Both the position numbers and the translations under genes were made by a program. Under the pieces are notes generated by a model, which did not search any database, was not told the origin of the DNA, and saw only the letters and a program-made list of their open reading frames with translations. A DNA stretch of 64,000 bases, taken from contig JBEUKZ010000135.1 of assembly GCA_048128005.1 (NCBI GenBank), positions 186,001 to 250,000 on the forward strand. Reading direction: 5' to 3'. Within the stretch, counting starts at the first letter, position 1; the number at the start of each line of letters is the position of its first letter. This stretch comes from Veleropilina oligotropha. Its lineage: Eukaryota. This document shows positions 34,928 through 46,890 of the stretch, one piece after another.

Positions 34928-37864
34928 TAAAGGGGGATGAGGGTGAAGCAATATGTGACAGCAAAGTAGAACAGGATAACATTCATCGTAATGATGCAAA
35001 GAGCGTACATCATAATACCGATAAACATAAACGTGTTTCTGGACCACAAAAGAAAAAGAACAAGAAATCAGACCTAGATAAAAAACAGCTTAAAGTTATA
35101 TTTACAAATGCACAGAGTATAATGAATAAGATGGCAGAATTGGAAACACTAAGGGATATTCATGACCCTGATGTTTTAGGAGTTACAGAGTCGTGGACAA
35201 ATATCAACATAACAGACGCAGAGTTAAATTTATTGGGATATAAGCTGTACAGAGAGGATAGAAGAGATACTCAAAACGGTAGAGGAGGGGGGGTCTTGCT
35301 ATACATAAAAGATGGATTAAATGCTGTTTCTCGTGATGATATTAAGATAAACACTTTTCAAAATTCAGTTTGGTGTGAAATTATGACCAGTAATAATAAA
35401 AAAGATTCCATTGTAGTGGGTATTGTTTATAGATCACCAAATAGCGCAGAAGAGAACAATACTAACCTATACACTACATTAGAACAAGTTTTCGGATACA
35501 ATGTGTTAATTATGGGGGATTTTAACTACCCAGGTATAAATTGGAACTCGATGCAAAGTGGGAAAGCGGGTCAGGATTTTTTGACAACGATACAGAATGG
35601 ATTTATGCATCAACATGTTGATTTTCCAACAAGAGGTGATAATGTTTTGGATTTAGTTTTTTCTAGTGAACTAAATATGGTGCAAAATATACATGGAATT
35701 GGGAAATTAGGGAGCAGCGACCATGATTTAATAGAATTTGAGCTTCATATTAAAACAATTATTAAAACAAGCAAGCAAGAAATACCGGATTTTCGGAAAG
35801 CGAATATCGACCAAATAACGTCAGATCTTCGAGACATAAACTGGCAGGATCTTGATAATCTAGATGCTAGGGACTCTTGGGAAGTATTCCGTAAAAACAT
35901 AGAAGCGATAATGAATGCAAATGTTCCACTAAAACGCAGACGCAAAAATAATTCACCCCCCTGGTTAACGAGAAAGGTAAAGAAATCTGTAAGAAGAAAA
36001 TATAAACGTTGGAGACGTTACAGGGAGTCAAAAGAAACCAAAGATCATGAAAATTATAAGGAGTGTGATAAATTATGTAAAAAAGAAATCCGTGCAGCAA
36101 AGAAAATGTTTGAAGAAAATTTAGCAAAAAATGTCAAGGAAAATCTCATTTTATGCATATGTAAGGTCAAAACAAAAAACAAAAGATGTCGTAGGTCCAT
36201 TGAAAGATGAAAAGGGTAATATAATGACTGATGATGCGGAAATATCAGAATCTTTGAATAACTACTTTGCATCCGTGTATACATTGGAGGATACCGCGAA
36301 TATGCCCCCAATAAAAGATATTTTTAAAGACATTGGTAACTTTTGTGAATCGGTTGAAATTACTCCTGCACTGATTGAAAAAAAGATAGACCTCTTAAAG
36401 ATAAACAAAGCCCCTGGCCCTGATAGTATATATTCCAAGTTTTTAAAAGTCGGAAAGCATGAATTGTTGAAGCCAATAGCAAATATATTCAGCAAATCAC
36501 TTAGCGAAGGAAGATTGCCAGATGATTGGAAAATTGGTAATATAACTCCTATATTTAAAAAGGGAAGTCGCTCTAGTGCACACAATTATCGACCTGTTAG
36601 TCTAACATCAATAGTAGGCAAAATGATGGAATCTATTTTAAAGGATGTTATATTAGACCATTTGAACAAATATAGCTTGTTAAACACCAGTCAGCATGGA
36701 TTTATGGAGAAACGATCATGTTTAACAAATCTTCTTGAATTCTTAGAGGATGTTACAAATGCAATAGATCATGGCAAGCCGGTTGATATTATATATCTTG
36801 ATTTTCAAAAAGCATTTGATAAGGTTCCACATAAACGACTAATACAAAAATTGAGTAATCATGGTATTAAAGGACCAATATTGACGTGGATAGAAATGTG
36901 GTTACAGAATAGAAAACAGAGAGTTGTTGTAAATGGGGTTAAGTCAAAATGGGAGAGTGTATTAAGTGGAGTCCCTCAAGGCTCGGTCTTGGGTCCATTG
37001 CTATTTCTAATCTACTTGAATGACATTGATGGCGCTATTACATCTCTAGTGAAAAAGTTTGCTGACGACACTAAACTTTACAGAATAATAGAAACTGAAC
37101 AAGATGCAAGGAAACTTCAGACCGATCTAAATAATCTGGTTAAGTGGTCCGATGACTGGCAAATGCTTTTCAATACAACCAAATGTAAGGTAATGCATGT
37201 GGGTCACAAAAACAAAAAATATTGTTATAAAATGGGAGGAGATGACCTAGAAGTAGTGACAAAAGAGAAAGATTTGGGTGTATGGATTGATAATTCACTG
37301 AAACCATCAAATCAATGTATCGAAGCAGCTAAAAAGGGAAACCAAATATTAGGAATGATAAAGCGTAATTTTACTTTTAAGTCAAAAGGCATCATAACAC
37401 GTTTATACAAGCAACTGGTTAGACCACATTTAGAATATGCGGTGCAAGCATGGAATCCATACCTCTCAAAGGATATCCAACTATTGGAACAAGTACAAAG
37501 GAGAGCCACAAAATTGGTAGGTGAAATCAGAGAGTTGACATATGAGGATAGGCTCAGAAGCCTTGATCTTACAACATTAACGTTGCGTAGGATAAGAGGT
37601 GACATGATTCAAGTATTTAAAATGTTTACAGGAAAAGACAATCTTGATATTAGTTATTTTTTCCAGTTGAACCATAATAAAACAAGGGGGCATAAGTTCA
37701 AGATTTACAAAAAGAGGGTCAGGCTAGATGTTAGAAAATACTTTTTCTCAAACCGAGTTGTAGATGAGTGGAATGCCCTTCCTGTCAAGGTGGTGGAGTC
37801 CACATCAGTAAATCAATTTAAAAATCGTTTGGATGAGCACTTTAAGAGACAGGGAAGGCTATAG
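34921..37864 (+). pseudogene. CR1 ORF2 (APE endonuclease + RT) broken by a 5-bp deletion near 36145
   Basis: GAAAATC-TCATT versus GAAAATCCAAAATCATT in copy 2; otherwise the same protein as 57923-60871. Confidence 0.9.
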
Positions 37865-39319
37865 ATGACCGAGCTACCAAAATGGGTTTTTATATGAGTT
37901 GCAGAAATGCACTTTCTAAACCCAAACAAATTCTATTTAAGTCTATTTAAATAACTTTGCTTGGTCGGCTGGTGAATTTTCACAAAAATATACAGATAGT
38001 GTCTTGTTGCGCTTAACAATTTGGACACCTGAGTGAAAGTATAGCGATGCATGATGCTTTTTGAACTGAGAAAAATCAAGGTCTCCAAATTCATGCTCAA
38101 ACACAAGATTGGTAAGTTTACAGTGATACATTGATTCTCTTAGTTCAGATGACGCCGTCTCACCATACTCTCAAAATACAATTTTCAATTTTAAATTTCT
38201 ACTCTCTCTGTGATGCAAAAAGTCTTCAATTACTTCTCTATGGTGATACAGAGTTGCAGCCCCTTCCGGATACTGTTTACACATCATAGCTATTTCATGT
38301 TCATTTCTGCTTATCTATATTTAGGATAGGGGTCGTTTCGACCCCTATCCGCACAGCTTCTTTTTCAAATTCACTATAAACATCACTTAACTCATCCATC
38401 ATTTAATGTTACCAAATTTGTTTTATTATGTTGCATATATCATATAATATAGACTATTGAACCAATGCAATATTCGCACAATTCATAGCCATGCTATCAG
38501 TTCACAACACTAATTAGGCCTGTGCGTTGGGATACCTACTACAATATATGACCTAATATGGTTATAGCTCTGTAAGACTGCAGAAATTGACCAGCAGAAT
38601 TTTACTTAAGACTTTTTAAGCGATAGTCAGCTCACCTTCATGCAATTCTTAAACAAAACAGCTGCCATTTCTACGATGATTATGCTGTTCACAGCCAATT
38701 TGCAAAATGATTGCAAGAAATTGCGCCGGTGTATTTTGACAATCTTCATATTTTCATCCACATCATCTATATCAAATGCAACACATATTTAAATCATGAA
38801 AAAAGTCGTTATTCATATAACATAAAATGTAAAGTGATCCACACAAAAAGATATAAACATAATAGGACCAATGTGCAAAATACAAATCTGTACATTCTTC
38901 AAACTGTCGTTGCACGTCATAAACACATGACAAACATTGTATGTACTTTTAAATGTATCTTTTGCACAGTAGAACCTGGGACCAGTATACAAAAACTGTA
39001 TATACTTATTATCGTACTAGAGCAAAGTCAATATTCGTACTATGTACCAATTTCACCATTGGAAATGTAAACTTATGGCAATTCTACCCTTTCGCTACAA
39101 CAGCATCAATTTTACATATAAATCATCGAAGCCAACATAACACAGCATTCATGTGATAAATACATTTATATCATGATAACATATTAATGCATTTTAAAGA
39201 TCACTTTTTCAAAACAACACGACCACATTTTTCCTTTTTATTATATAATATAGGCTATGGAAATGTTAAATAATAGATATTTTATTTTCCTTTCGTGGTT
39301 ATAATATAATTATATACAA

Positions 39320-39607
39320 CTAGCAATGGTACCCGTCTTCGCCGGGTAAGTCCCCCCAGCCCAAATTTTTTTTTTTTTTTTGGATAGTGCTCCCTTTTTA
39401 TTTTATTTTTTTTTTCTCCATTATATTAAAAATGATAGTAAATTTTTTTTTTTTTCGCGAATTTTCCGAATTTTTTTCGTGGTAAACCTTCCTTGGGGGA
39501 CCCCGATTAACCCCCCAAAGTTTGAAGGTCCTAGGTCAAAGCGTCTGGGAGGAGTTCAACTTGAAACAGACAGACCCGCATACAATTATAGCTCCATTAT
39601 ATTAAGA
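39320..39607 (-). mobile_element. 288-bp non-autonomous Helitron, copy 1
   Basis: Minus strand starts TC and ends CTAG, inserted between A and T with no TSD (empty site ATACAA|TAACATC in copies A and B). GC-rich hairpin ACCCG-N7-CGGGT lies about 11 nt from the CTAG end. Confidence 0.9.
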
Positions 39608-39826
39608 TAACATCAAATAATGTATTATTAGGCCTAATGAAGAGCTTCTAGCATCTATATTCTGTATTTCTTGCTAGTCTTGATGGCCTAGAAATAGAAA
39701 CAAATAATAATATTAAAATACTATTTAATTAAATAATATTAATATATTAGTTAATAGTTTAATATGGATCAAGAAACCCTTTACTGGTACTGTAATCCGT
39801 GAACATTACTCTATACGCGGGCTCAT

Positions 39827-39917
39827 TGAAAGCGAGGACGTTTTGACTCTGAAAGCGAGGACGTTTTGACTCACAAAAGCGAGGACGTTTTGGCAAAGGG
39901 ACGATTTGACTGGATAC
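39827..39917. repeat. Short VNTR of 23-bp TGAAAGCGAGGACGTTTTGACTC units (2 units in copies A and B, 3 in C and D)
   Basis: Direct reading at about 5277, 26849, 39827 and 62834. Confidence 0.8.
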
Positions 39918-40527
39918 CAAAAAAGCTCGCCGGCCGTGTTTTCTCCCGCTCCCGGCTATTAATCTAAATTTTCTTTATTTCAACCTTGCAACTCGAGTTT
40001 TCGGTTGTAAGGTTGCTATAAAGCACTATACTTAACAACCGCTAGGTTGATTTTGTAATATATATTGTTAATTTTGTGTATTTGAAGGTTGAAATTTGTC
40101 AAAAGGGTTGTCAACAAACCACTAGCGAGAGTTATCTCCCGTTAGTATTGTTACGAAACAACACTTGTGCGTCGCGAATTTCACCAGCGACACCCTTCAA
40201 ATACACTTGTATCTTAATTTTATTATTTATTAGCGGACCGCTAGTTTTATTTTTTTTTATTTCGGGTTTTATTCATCAAAAAAGTTGTTTTTGGCGAGTT
40301 TAAACTTAACATCCGGGTTCTACACCCAGCTAGCGGTTTATATTAGGCTTTGCATAGCGCTGAAATCGACATCTAAAGGCTGCCGCCTTTGTTCTCTCGT
40401 CGGTGGCCACCGTTTCGTACGAAACAATAGCCGCCTACCAGCAACTTATTTATAGTATTTTGTTGCTTGGCTTTCGAACCTGTTTGTTTAATATAATTAT
40501 TATAAAAGGGGCAGTGGCCTGAATATT

Positions 40528-41238
40528 ATGGCGTCTTCTGTAGCCAGACCACTGCCCCTTCGATTAGACACAAGGCACGATAAGACGGCGGCAGTGAACG
40601 TGTATCGTGCCTTGAGGGGGGTTATTGTAACAGGCCCCGGCCTTATTAAGGGCCTGATCCATATAAGAAAATCTATATGGAACGTCTCTGTGGCCACGCC
40701 GGCCATCAGAGACAAGTTAATAGATAGCGGTCTTGCTATCAACGGGGTTAGCTGCCCGCTACATCCCGTTGATGTAAACCGCGTGCTAATCAACGTCAGA
40801 GTTCCTTTAGAAATCTCTGACGTCGATATTAAGGAGGCCTTTTCGGTCTTTGGGCGGGTAGAGTCTATGGTACGTGAGTACCACGATTTTGACACCACGG
40901 TCGCCACCGGTGTGAGTAAGGTGTGGATGACGCGAGTCACCCGCACTATTATGAACACCCTATACATCGGTGGTATGTATCTACCCGTCTGGTACAACGA
41001 ACCATCAGATGACCAAATTGATACCGATACTATTATAGAGGACCTTGCTTCGGAAATTGTTGCTGCTGCCACGAAGGGTGGGAGGGCAGAAGCAGCCAAA
41101 TTACACCGGCAGACGGAGAGCCCCGAACCACCTGGGCCGCTTCCTCCTTCCAACGATCCAATGGAAAGCGATGAACCATTGGATCGCCAGCACAAACCGA
41201 AACCTGCTATAAAGCCCGTAGTTCCACGGAACAAATAG
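40528..41238 (+). CDS. 236-aa chimeric Tx1/L1-like ORF1, copy C
   Basis: Intact, near-identical paralog of 27527-28237. Confidence 0.6.
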   Translation: MASSVARPLPLRLDTRHDKTAAVNVYRALRGVIVTGPGLIKGLIHIRKSIWNVSVATPAIRDKLIDSGLAINGVSCPLHPVDVNRVLINVRVPLEISDVDIKEAFSVFGRVESMVREYHDFDTTVATGVSKVWMTRVTRTIMNTLYIGGMYLPVWYNEPSDDQIDTDTIIEDLASEIVAAATKGGRAEAAKLHRQTESPEPPGPLPPSNDPMESDEPLDRQHKPKPAIKPVVPRNK

Positions 41239-43499
41239 ACAAATTTAAACATAACATTACACACAAATATACTAATACACACCATTAAGCCAGCATGTCA
41301 GGCACAATAATACAATGGAATTGTAGAGGCATTAAACCCAATATTGGTGAGATCAGTCTATTAATAAAAGAACACAAACCAATAGCATTTTGTCTCAATG
41401 AAACTTACATGAAACATACGCATTAAAGATCACTCACTATATAATCACATTGTCACAACAGGTGACAAGGCTACAGGGGGGGGGGGGGTTTCAATCATCA
41501 TCAACAACAAAACACCACACAGCCAGGTGAACTTAAACACCAACTTACATGCAGTAGCGGTGAAAATATCGATTCACCGAGTAATAACTATCTGCTCGGT
41601 ATACTTACCACCTGGTCCAAAATTACGACCTACTGACCTTGACAATCTCATCGATCAGTTACCGACCCAATTTGTACTGTGTGTCGTTTTTAATGCCCAC
41701 AGTGCGGATTGGGGCGGTACTGACACAGACAAACGGTGACATTAAATAGAGGACTTTATTGGGATACACAATCTGTGTTTATTTAATAATACAAAATCGC
41801 CAACATACATGCATCCAGCTACAGGCTCACTTACCACCATTGACCTTACCATGTGCGACCCATCTGCTTTCCTGGACTTTACTTGGAAAGTTGGTGAGGA
41901 CCTCCGTGGAAGCGACCACTTTCCAATTTTCCTGGAAAGCACAATTAACCAAGCACAAGAACACACAGAAAGGTGGAAACTTCACAAAGCAGATTGGGGG
42001 AAATTCCAATCTCTTTGTGAAGACCAATTACACGAAGGTCACCTTACTAATGGCGAAGACCCAATATCAAGTTTCGCTACAACACTACACGACATTGCAA
42101 CACTATCAATTCCAAAAACCTGTCCAAATGCCAAACACAAAAGCAAACCTTGGTTTAATGAAGACTGCAGACAAGCAATCAAAGCACGCATACATGAAAT
42201 TTCAACATTTAAACAGTACCCAACACTACAAAATTTTAATAGCTTTAGGCTATTAAGAGCACAAGCCAGACGTACCATCAAGCATAGCAAAAGGGAATCC
42301 TGGCATTCCTACGTTACCAAACTAAACTATCGTTCTACTATTAAAAAAACATGGGATATGATCCGTAAAATCAGCGGCAAGCATACACCCAACTGCATCA
42401 AGCATTTTAAAACAACCAATTCAGAAGCCAACACGGCTAAAGACATCGCAAACACCTTGGCAGACACATTTTCTGCCAATTCATCATCCGACAACTGCAC
42501 TCCAAAATTCAGCCATTTTAAACATCAAAAAGAAAAAACAAGGCTCAATTTGAAAGATACATCACATCCCAACAGTTATCGACCCATAGCCCTGACGAGT
42601 TGTATTTGTAAAACCATGGAAAGGATGATAAACGAGAGATTAGTTTGGTACTTAGAATCAAATAATTTACTTACAGAATATCAATGTGGGTTCCGGCGCA
42701 ACCGGAGCACCACAGATCACTTGGTACATCTGGAAACTTTTGTTCGTGAGGCCTTCCTAAACAGACATTTAGTTGCTGTATTTTTCGATCTAGAGAAGGC
42801 TTACGACACTACTTGGAAGTACGGGATTATGAAGGATATGTTTGATGTTGGTTTAAAGGGCCACTTGCCCAATTTTATTTCGAAATTCCCTGAGGATAGA
42901 AATTTTCAAGTGAAGGTGGGTGACACCGTCTCCGATATCCACGACCAGGAGATGGGTGTCCCTCAAGGAAGCATTTTATCAGTCACCCTATTCAGTATTA
43001 AGATCAACAGTATCGTCAAATGTATTAGTACTGGCACTGACTGTTCATTATTTGTTGACGATTTTGGCATTTGCTATCGTTCAACAAATATGAACAGTAT
43101 AGAATGCCAGCTACAACACGGCCTAAATAAATTACAGATATTGTCCGAAGAGAATGGATTTAAATTCTCAAAGGACAAAACTAAATGCATGCATTTCTGC
43201 CAGCATCGTGAAATTCATGACGGCCCTGTGCTAAAACTGGATGACTTTGAGATTCCAGTCGTGGACCAATTTAAATTTTTAGGCCTTATATTTGACCGCA
43301 AACTGACTTTCATACCTCATATAAAATATATCAAAGCTAAATGCAAGAACGCTTTGAATCTAATGAAAGTAGTTTCTAATACTGAATGGGGTGCTGATAA
43401 AACAGTTTTATTACGACTATACAGATCATTAATTAGATCAAAACTTGATTATGGGAGCATAGTATATGGCTCTGCTCGCCATTCATATCTTAAAATGCT

Positions 43500-45054
43500 T
43501 GATCCAATCCATAATCAAGGGCTTCGACTTGCATTAGGGGCTTTTCGCACATCACCCATGGAGAGCCTCTACGTCGAAGCCAATGAACCATCTCTTACAC
43601 TCAGACGTGAAAAACTATCACTACAATATGCAATAAAATTAAAATCAAATCCATCTAACCCAGCTTTCGAAACTGTCTATACACCAAATTACGAAAATCT
43701 ATTTCAGGCAAAACCAAACAAAATTGCACCGTTTGGCATCCGCATAAAACCAGCACTAGAAAATGCAGGCATACATGTAGGTCAAATTAAAACAATTCTC
43801 ATTCCGGATACTCCACCATGGACACTAAAAGTACCAGTAATTGATCTACAACTTACATCACTCAAAAAATCAAACACAGAAACAACAGATTATCTGTCAA
43901 AATTGCACGATCTGAAATTAAAATATTCAGATCGTGCAAGCATATACGCAGATGGTTCAAAAGATGCAGAATTAGTAGGAGCAGCCGCTGTCACTGGCAG
44001 ACAATGTTTTCAAAACCGTCTGCCAGTCAGCGCGACTATATATACTGCAGAACTAAAAGCAATCGAGCTTGCTCTTAATTTTATCTCTACAAGTACTAAA
44101 CGGCGTTTTATTATCTATTCAGACTCCCTCTCTAGCTTACAAGCACTCAGGGAGATGAATAGAAATGTTATTGTTCAGGAAATTTTATTAAACTATAACA
44201 ACCTTTTACCTGACAATGACATTGTTTTATGCTGGATACCGAGCCATATCGGTATCCAAGGCAATGAGAAGGCTGATCAAGCTGCCAAGGCAGCCTCACA
44301 TTTTAACAATATACTAAATTGTAAACTACCACACTCAGATTTTAAACAAAGCATAAACAAATATATAAATTCTACTTGGCAGCACTCTTGGAGTGAATGC
44401 ACAAGGAATAAACTGCAGAATGTCCAACCTCTTCTTGGTGACTGGGGACCCTCTTGCAGGCCATCTCGGCGAGAGGAGGTCGTCTTGGCCAGACTGAGAA
44501 TTGGGCATTCTCACTACACTCACTCCTACTTGCTTAAAGGGGAGCCTCCACCTGAGTGTATTCCTTGTGCAACTGCCCTAACAATTAAACATTTATTATT
44601 GGATTGTGTCGATTTGGATCTCGCACGCCAAAGGTATTTTAGGGCAAATTCACTCCAAGAGTTATTTAATCTTAATAAGCTCGAAGCCGTATTTGAATTT
44701 TTAAAACAGGTAAATATTTTCCATAAGTTTTAATTTTATTTATACTTTTATTTCCTTTATGACTAAATTCTACATAAATTTCTTTTATTTTATTATTATA
44801 CTATTTTATTATTATACTCGTTTTTAGCAAACATTTGATCTTATTTTTATCCAAATTTGCATTGTTTTATTTTACTTGTAAATATATTGAATTGTTTTTA
44901 TTATTTATCACATGTTTTATTGCATTGATATTTTATTAGTAAATATATATCTCAACTTTTAACTTTTTATATTAAACTATTGTATAATTAACTTGACCGA
45001 CCTGATTATGACCATTAGTGTCGGCGTGGTCGTTAAACATCAAATCAAATCAAA
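43500..45054 (+). mobile_element. 5'-truncated younger I/Nimb family-1 LINE inserted in register in its own homologue; gives the 974-aa hybrid ORF 41809-44733
   Basis: (TCAAA)3 tail at 45040-45054 is followed by a repeat of TGATCCAATCCATAATC... (34 identical bp at 43500 and 45055). Sequence after 43533 differs from the unit copies and has an intact RNase H, C-terminus and 3' UTR. Confidence 0.85.
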
Positions 45055-45620
45055 TGATCCAATCCATAATCAAGGGCTTCGACTTGCACTTGGGGCTTTC
45101 CGCACATCACCCATGGAAAGCCTCTATGTCGAAGCCAATGAACCATCTCTTACACACAGACGTGAAAAATTATCACTGCAATATGCAATCAAATTAAAAT
45201 CACACCCATCTAACCCAGCTTTCGAAACTGTATTTACACCTAATTACGAAAATTTATTTCTGGCAAAACCAAACAAAATTTCACCATTCGTCATCCGCAT
45301 TAAACCAGCGCTTGAAAACGCAGGCATACATTTAGGTCAAATTAAAACAAATCACATTTCGGATACGCCACCATGGACACTAAAAGCACCGGTGATTGAC
45401 CTGCAGCTTGCATCACCCAAAAAATCAAACACAGACACATCAGATTATCTCACAAAAGTGCACGATTTGAAACTGAAATACTCAGATCGTACAAAGCATA
45501 TACACAGATGGTTCAAAAGATGCAGAATTAGTAGGAGCAGCCGCTGTCACTGGCAGACAATGTTTTCAAAACCGTCTGCCAGGCAGCGCGACTATATATA
45601 CTGCAGAACTAAAAGCAATA

Positions 45621-46377
45621 TAGACTGAGAGCTGGCAATCGCTTAATTAAAATGTCGCGCCCGAAAGGTTTGATGGGCTCATCTTAGAGATGTGTCATCC
45701 ACAACTATCGAAAGGTGATTCTTAAGTTTCGGAACTGGGGCATTAGGGAACCGCAGTCCCTTAAAAAGACCCGAAAATACTTTTAATTAAACAGTCGCGC
45801 CCAAAGCTAATTTTCGTTTTACGATGTATACAAATAGTAGAGACTTCGAAACTGAATCGTAAGAAATTATACATTGGGGCAACTGTCCGTAAGAAGGGCC
45901 TTAAATGTGACATGCCATGGATTTAATTAAACTTTGGCGCCCGAAAAAAAATTTGGTGGAGATTATCTCCTTAAGAGGCATAGAAATCGACATCGTACCG
46001 TAAGAAATGTTTACTTTGAGCATCTTCACTTAAGAAGGGCCCCAAAACGACTGATCTTAAAATACCCTTTTTATTTAAACAGTAGCGCCCGAAAATATTC
46101 TTCACTTTATGACATCTACAACAAACTAGGATCGCAAAACTGGATTGTAAGAAATCCTACAATGGGGCGACTGCCCATAAGAAGGGCCTAAAAGGGGTCA
46201 TATGGAGGCTTTAATTAAACTTTGTCGCCCAACTAAATTTTAAGTTCATATCTACTCATTGACAGGCATTGAAAAGGAAACCATAACGTAAGAACTTTTT
46301 AATTGGGCCGTATTTATGTAAGAAGGGTCGGAAAGTGTCAAGAGACTGAAAACAGCTCACAACTCGCCTTTAATTAA
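45621..46377. repeat. Left terminal inverted repeat of Academ
   Basis: Reverse complement of about 53355-54103; near-identical for the outer ~590 bp, then diverging. Confidence 0.9.
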
Positions 46378-46890
46378 AGTAGCGTGCCCGAGCGAAATTC
46401 AATTTTCAATTTACGTGGGATTTGTGTGCAAGAGAAAAAAAAGTCACTCAAGAAAATTTCGAATGTGCATCTATGAATAAGATGGTATGAAAAGGGCCAA
46501 GTGGGTTTACGACACGAAAAGAAGATTTGCAACATTTACCCGAGTAAACGTCCACTCCTGATCGCAATTCCACGGACAGACATTGTTGTCACATGTTAAC
46601 CGTCACAGTGGTAGACATCTGTGGGCGATAGAGTAGTGGGGTCAGAAACAGACAAGAAAACAAATCGAAATGTTTATTATACTATACGTTGCTAATCGTA
46701 ACCTATGAAAGTATCTAGAAATAGATGATCATTTTGCAGTGTAATGAGACGGAGAATGGTGGATGTTCATCATTACACGAAAATAGCACAGTACTTTTCT
46801 AAATCTGTATACTCATTTTAGAATAGCGTACGGAACCTGTTTGTTGAGGTCTGGCCGTCACGCATAGGAATCTTGAAGAATAAGCAAGGT

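Larger units (their letters stand above)
33538..37950 (+). mobile_element. Full-length CR1-clade LINE, copy 1 (ORF2 frameshifted)
   Basis: Absent from copy A (CACAGTGCTAATAACTTTGC near 11953). ORF1 plus EN-RT ORF2 without RNase H, short 3' UTR and TCTATTTAAGTCTATTTAA tail. TSD unclear (possibly ATAA). Confidence 0.93.

Noticed and set aside
39827..39917. CRISPR-like short direct repeats
   Set aside because: The repeats abut with no unique spacers, there are no cas genes, and the context is eukaryotic.
41809..44733. 974-aa ORF as an intact active LINE ORF2
   Set aside because: It is a hybrid lacking most of the endonuclease (upstream stops) and carries the unit's ~230-bp internal deletion.
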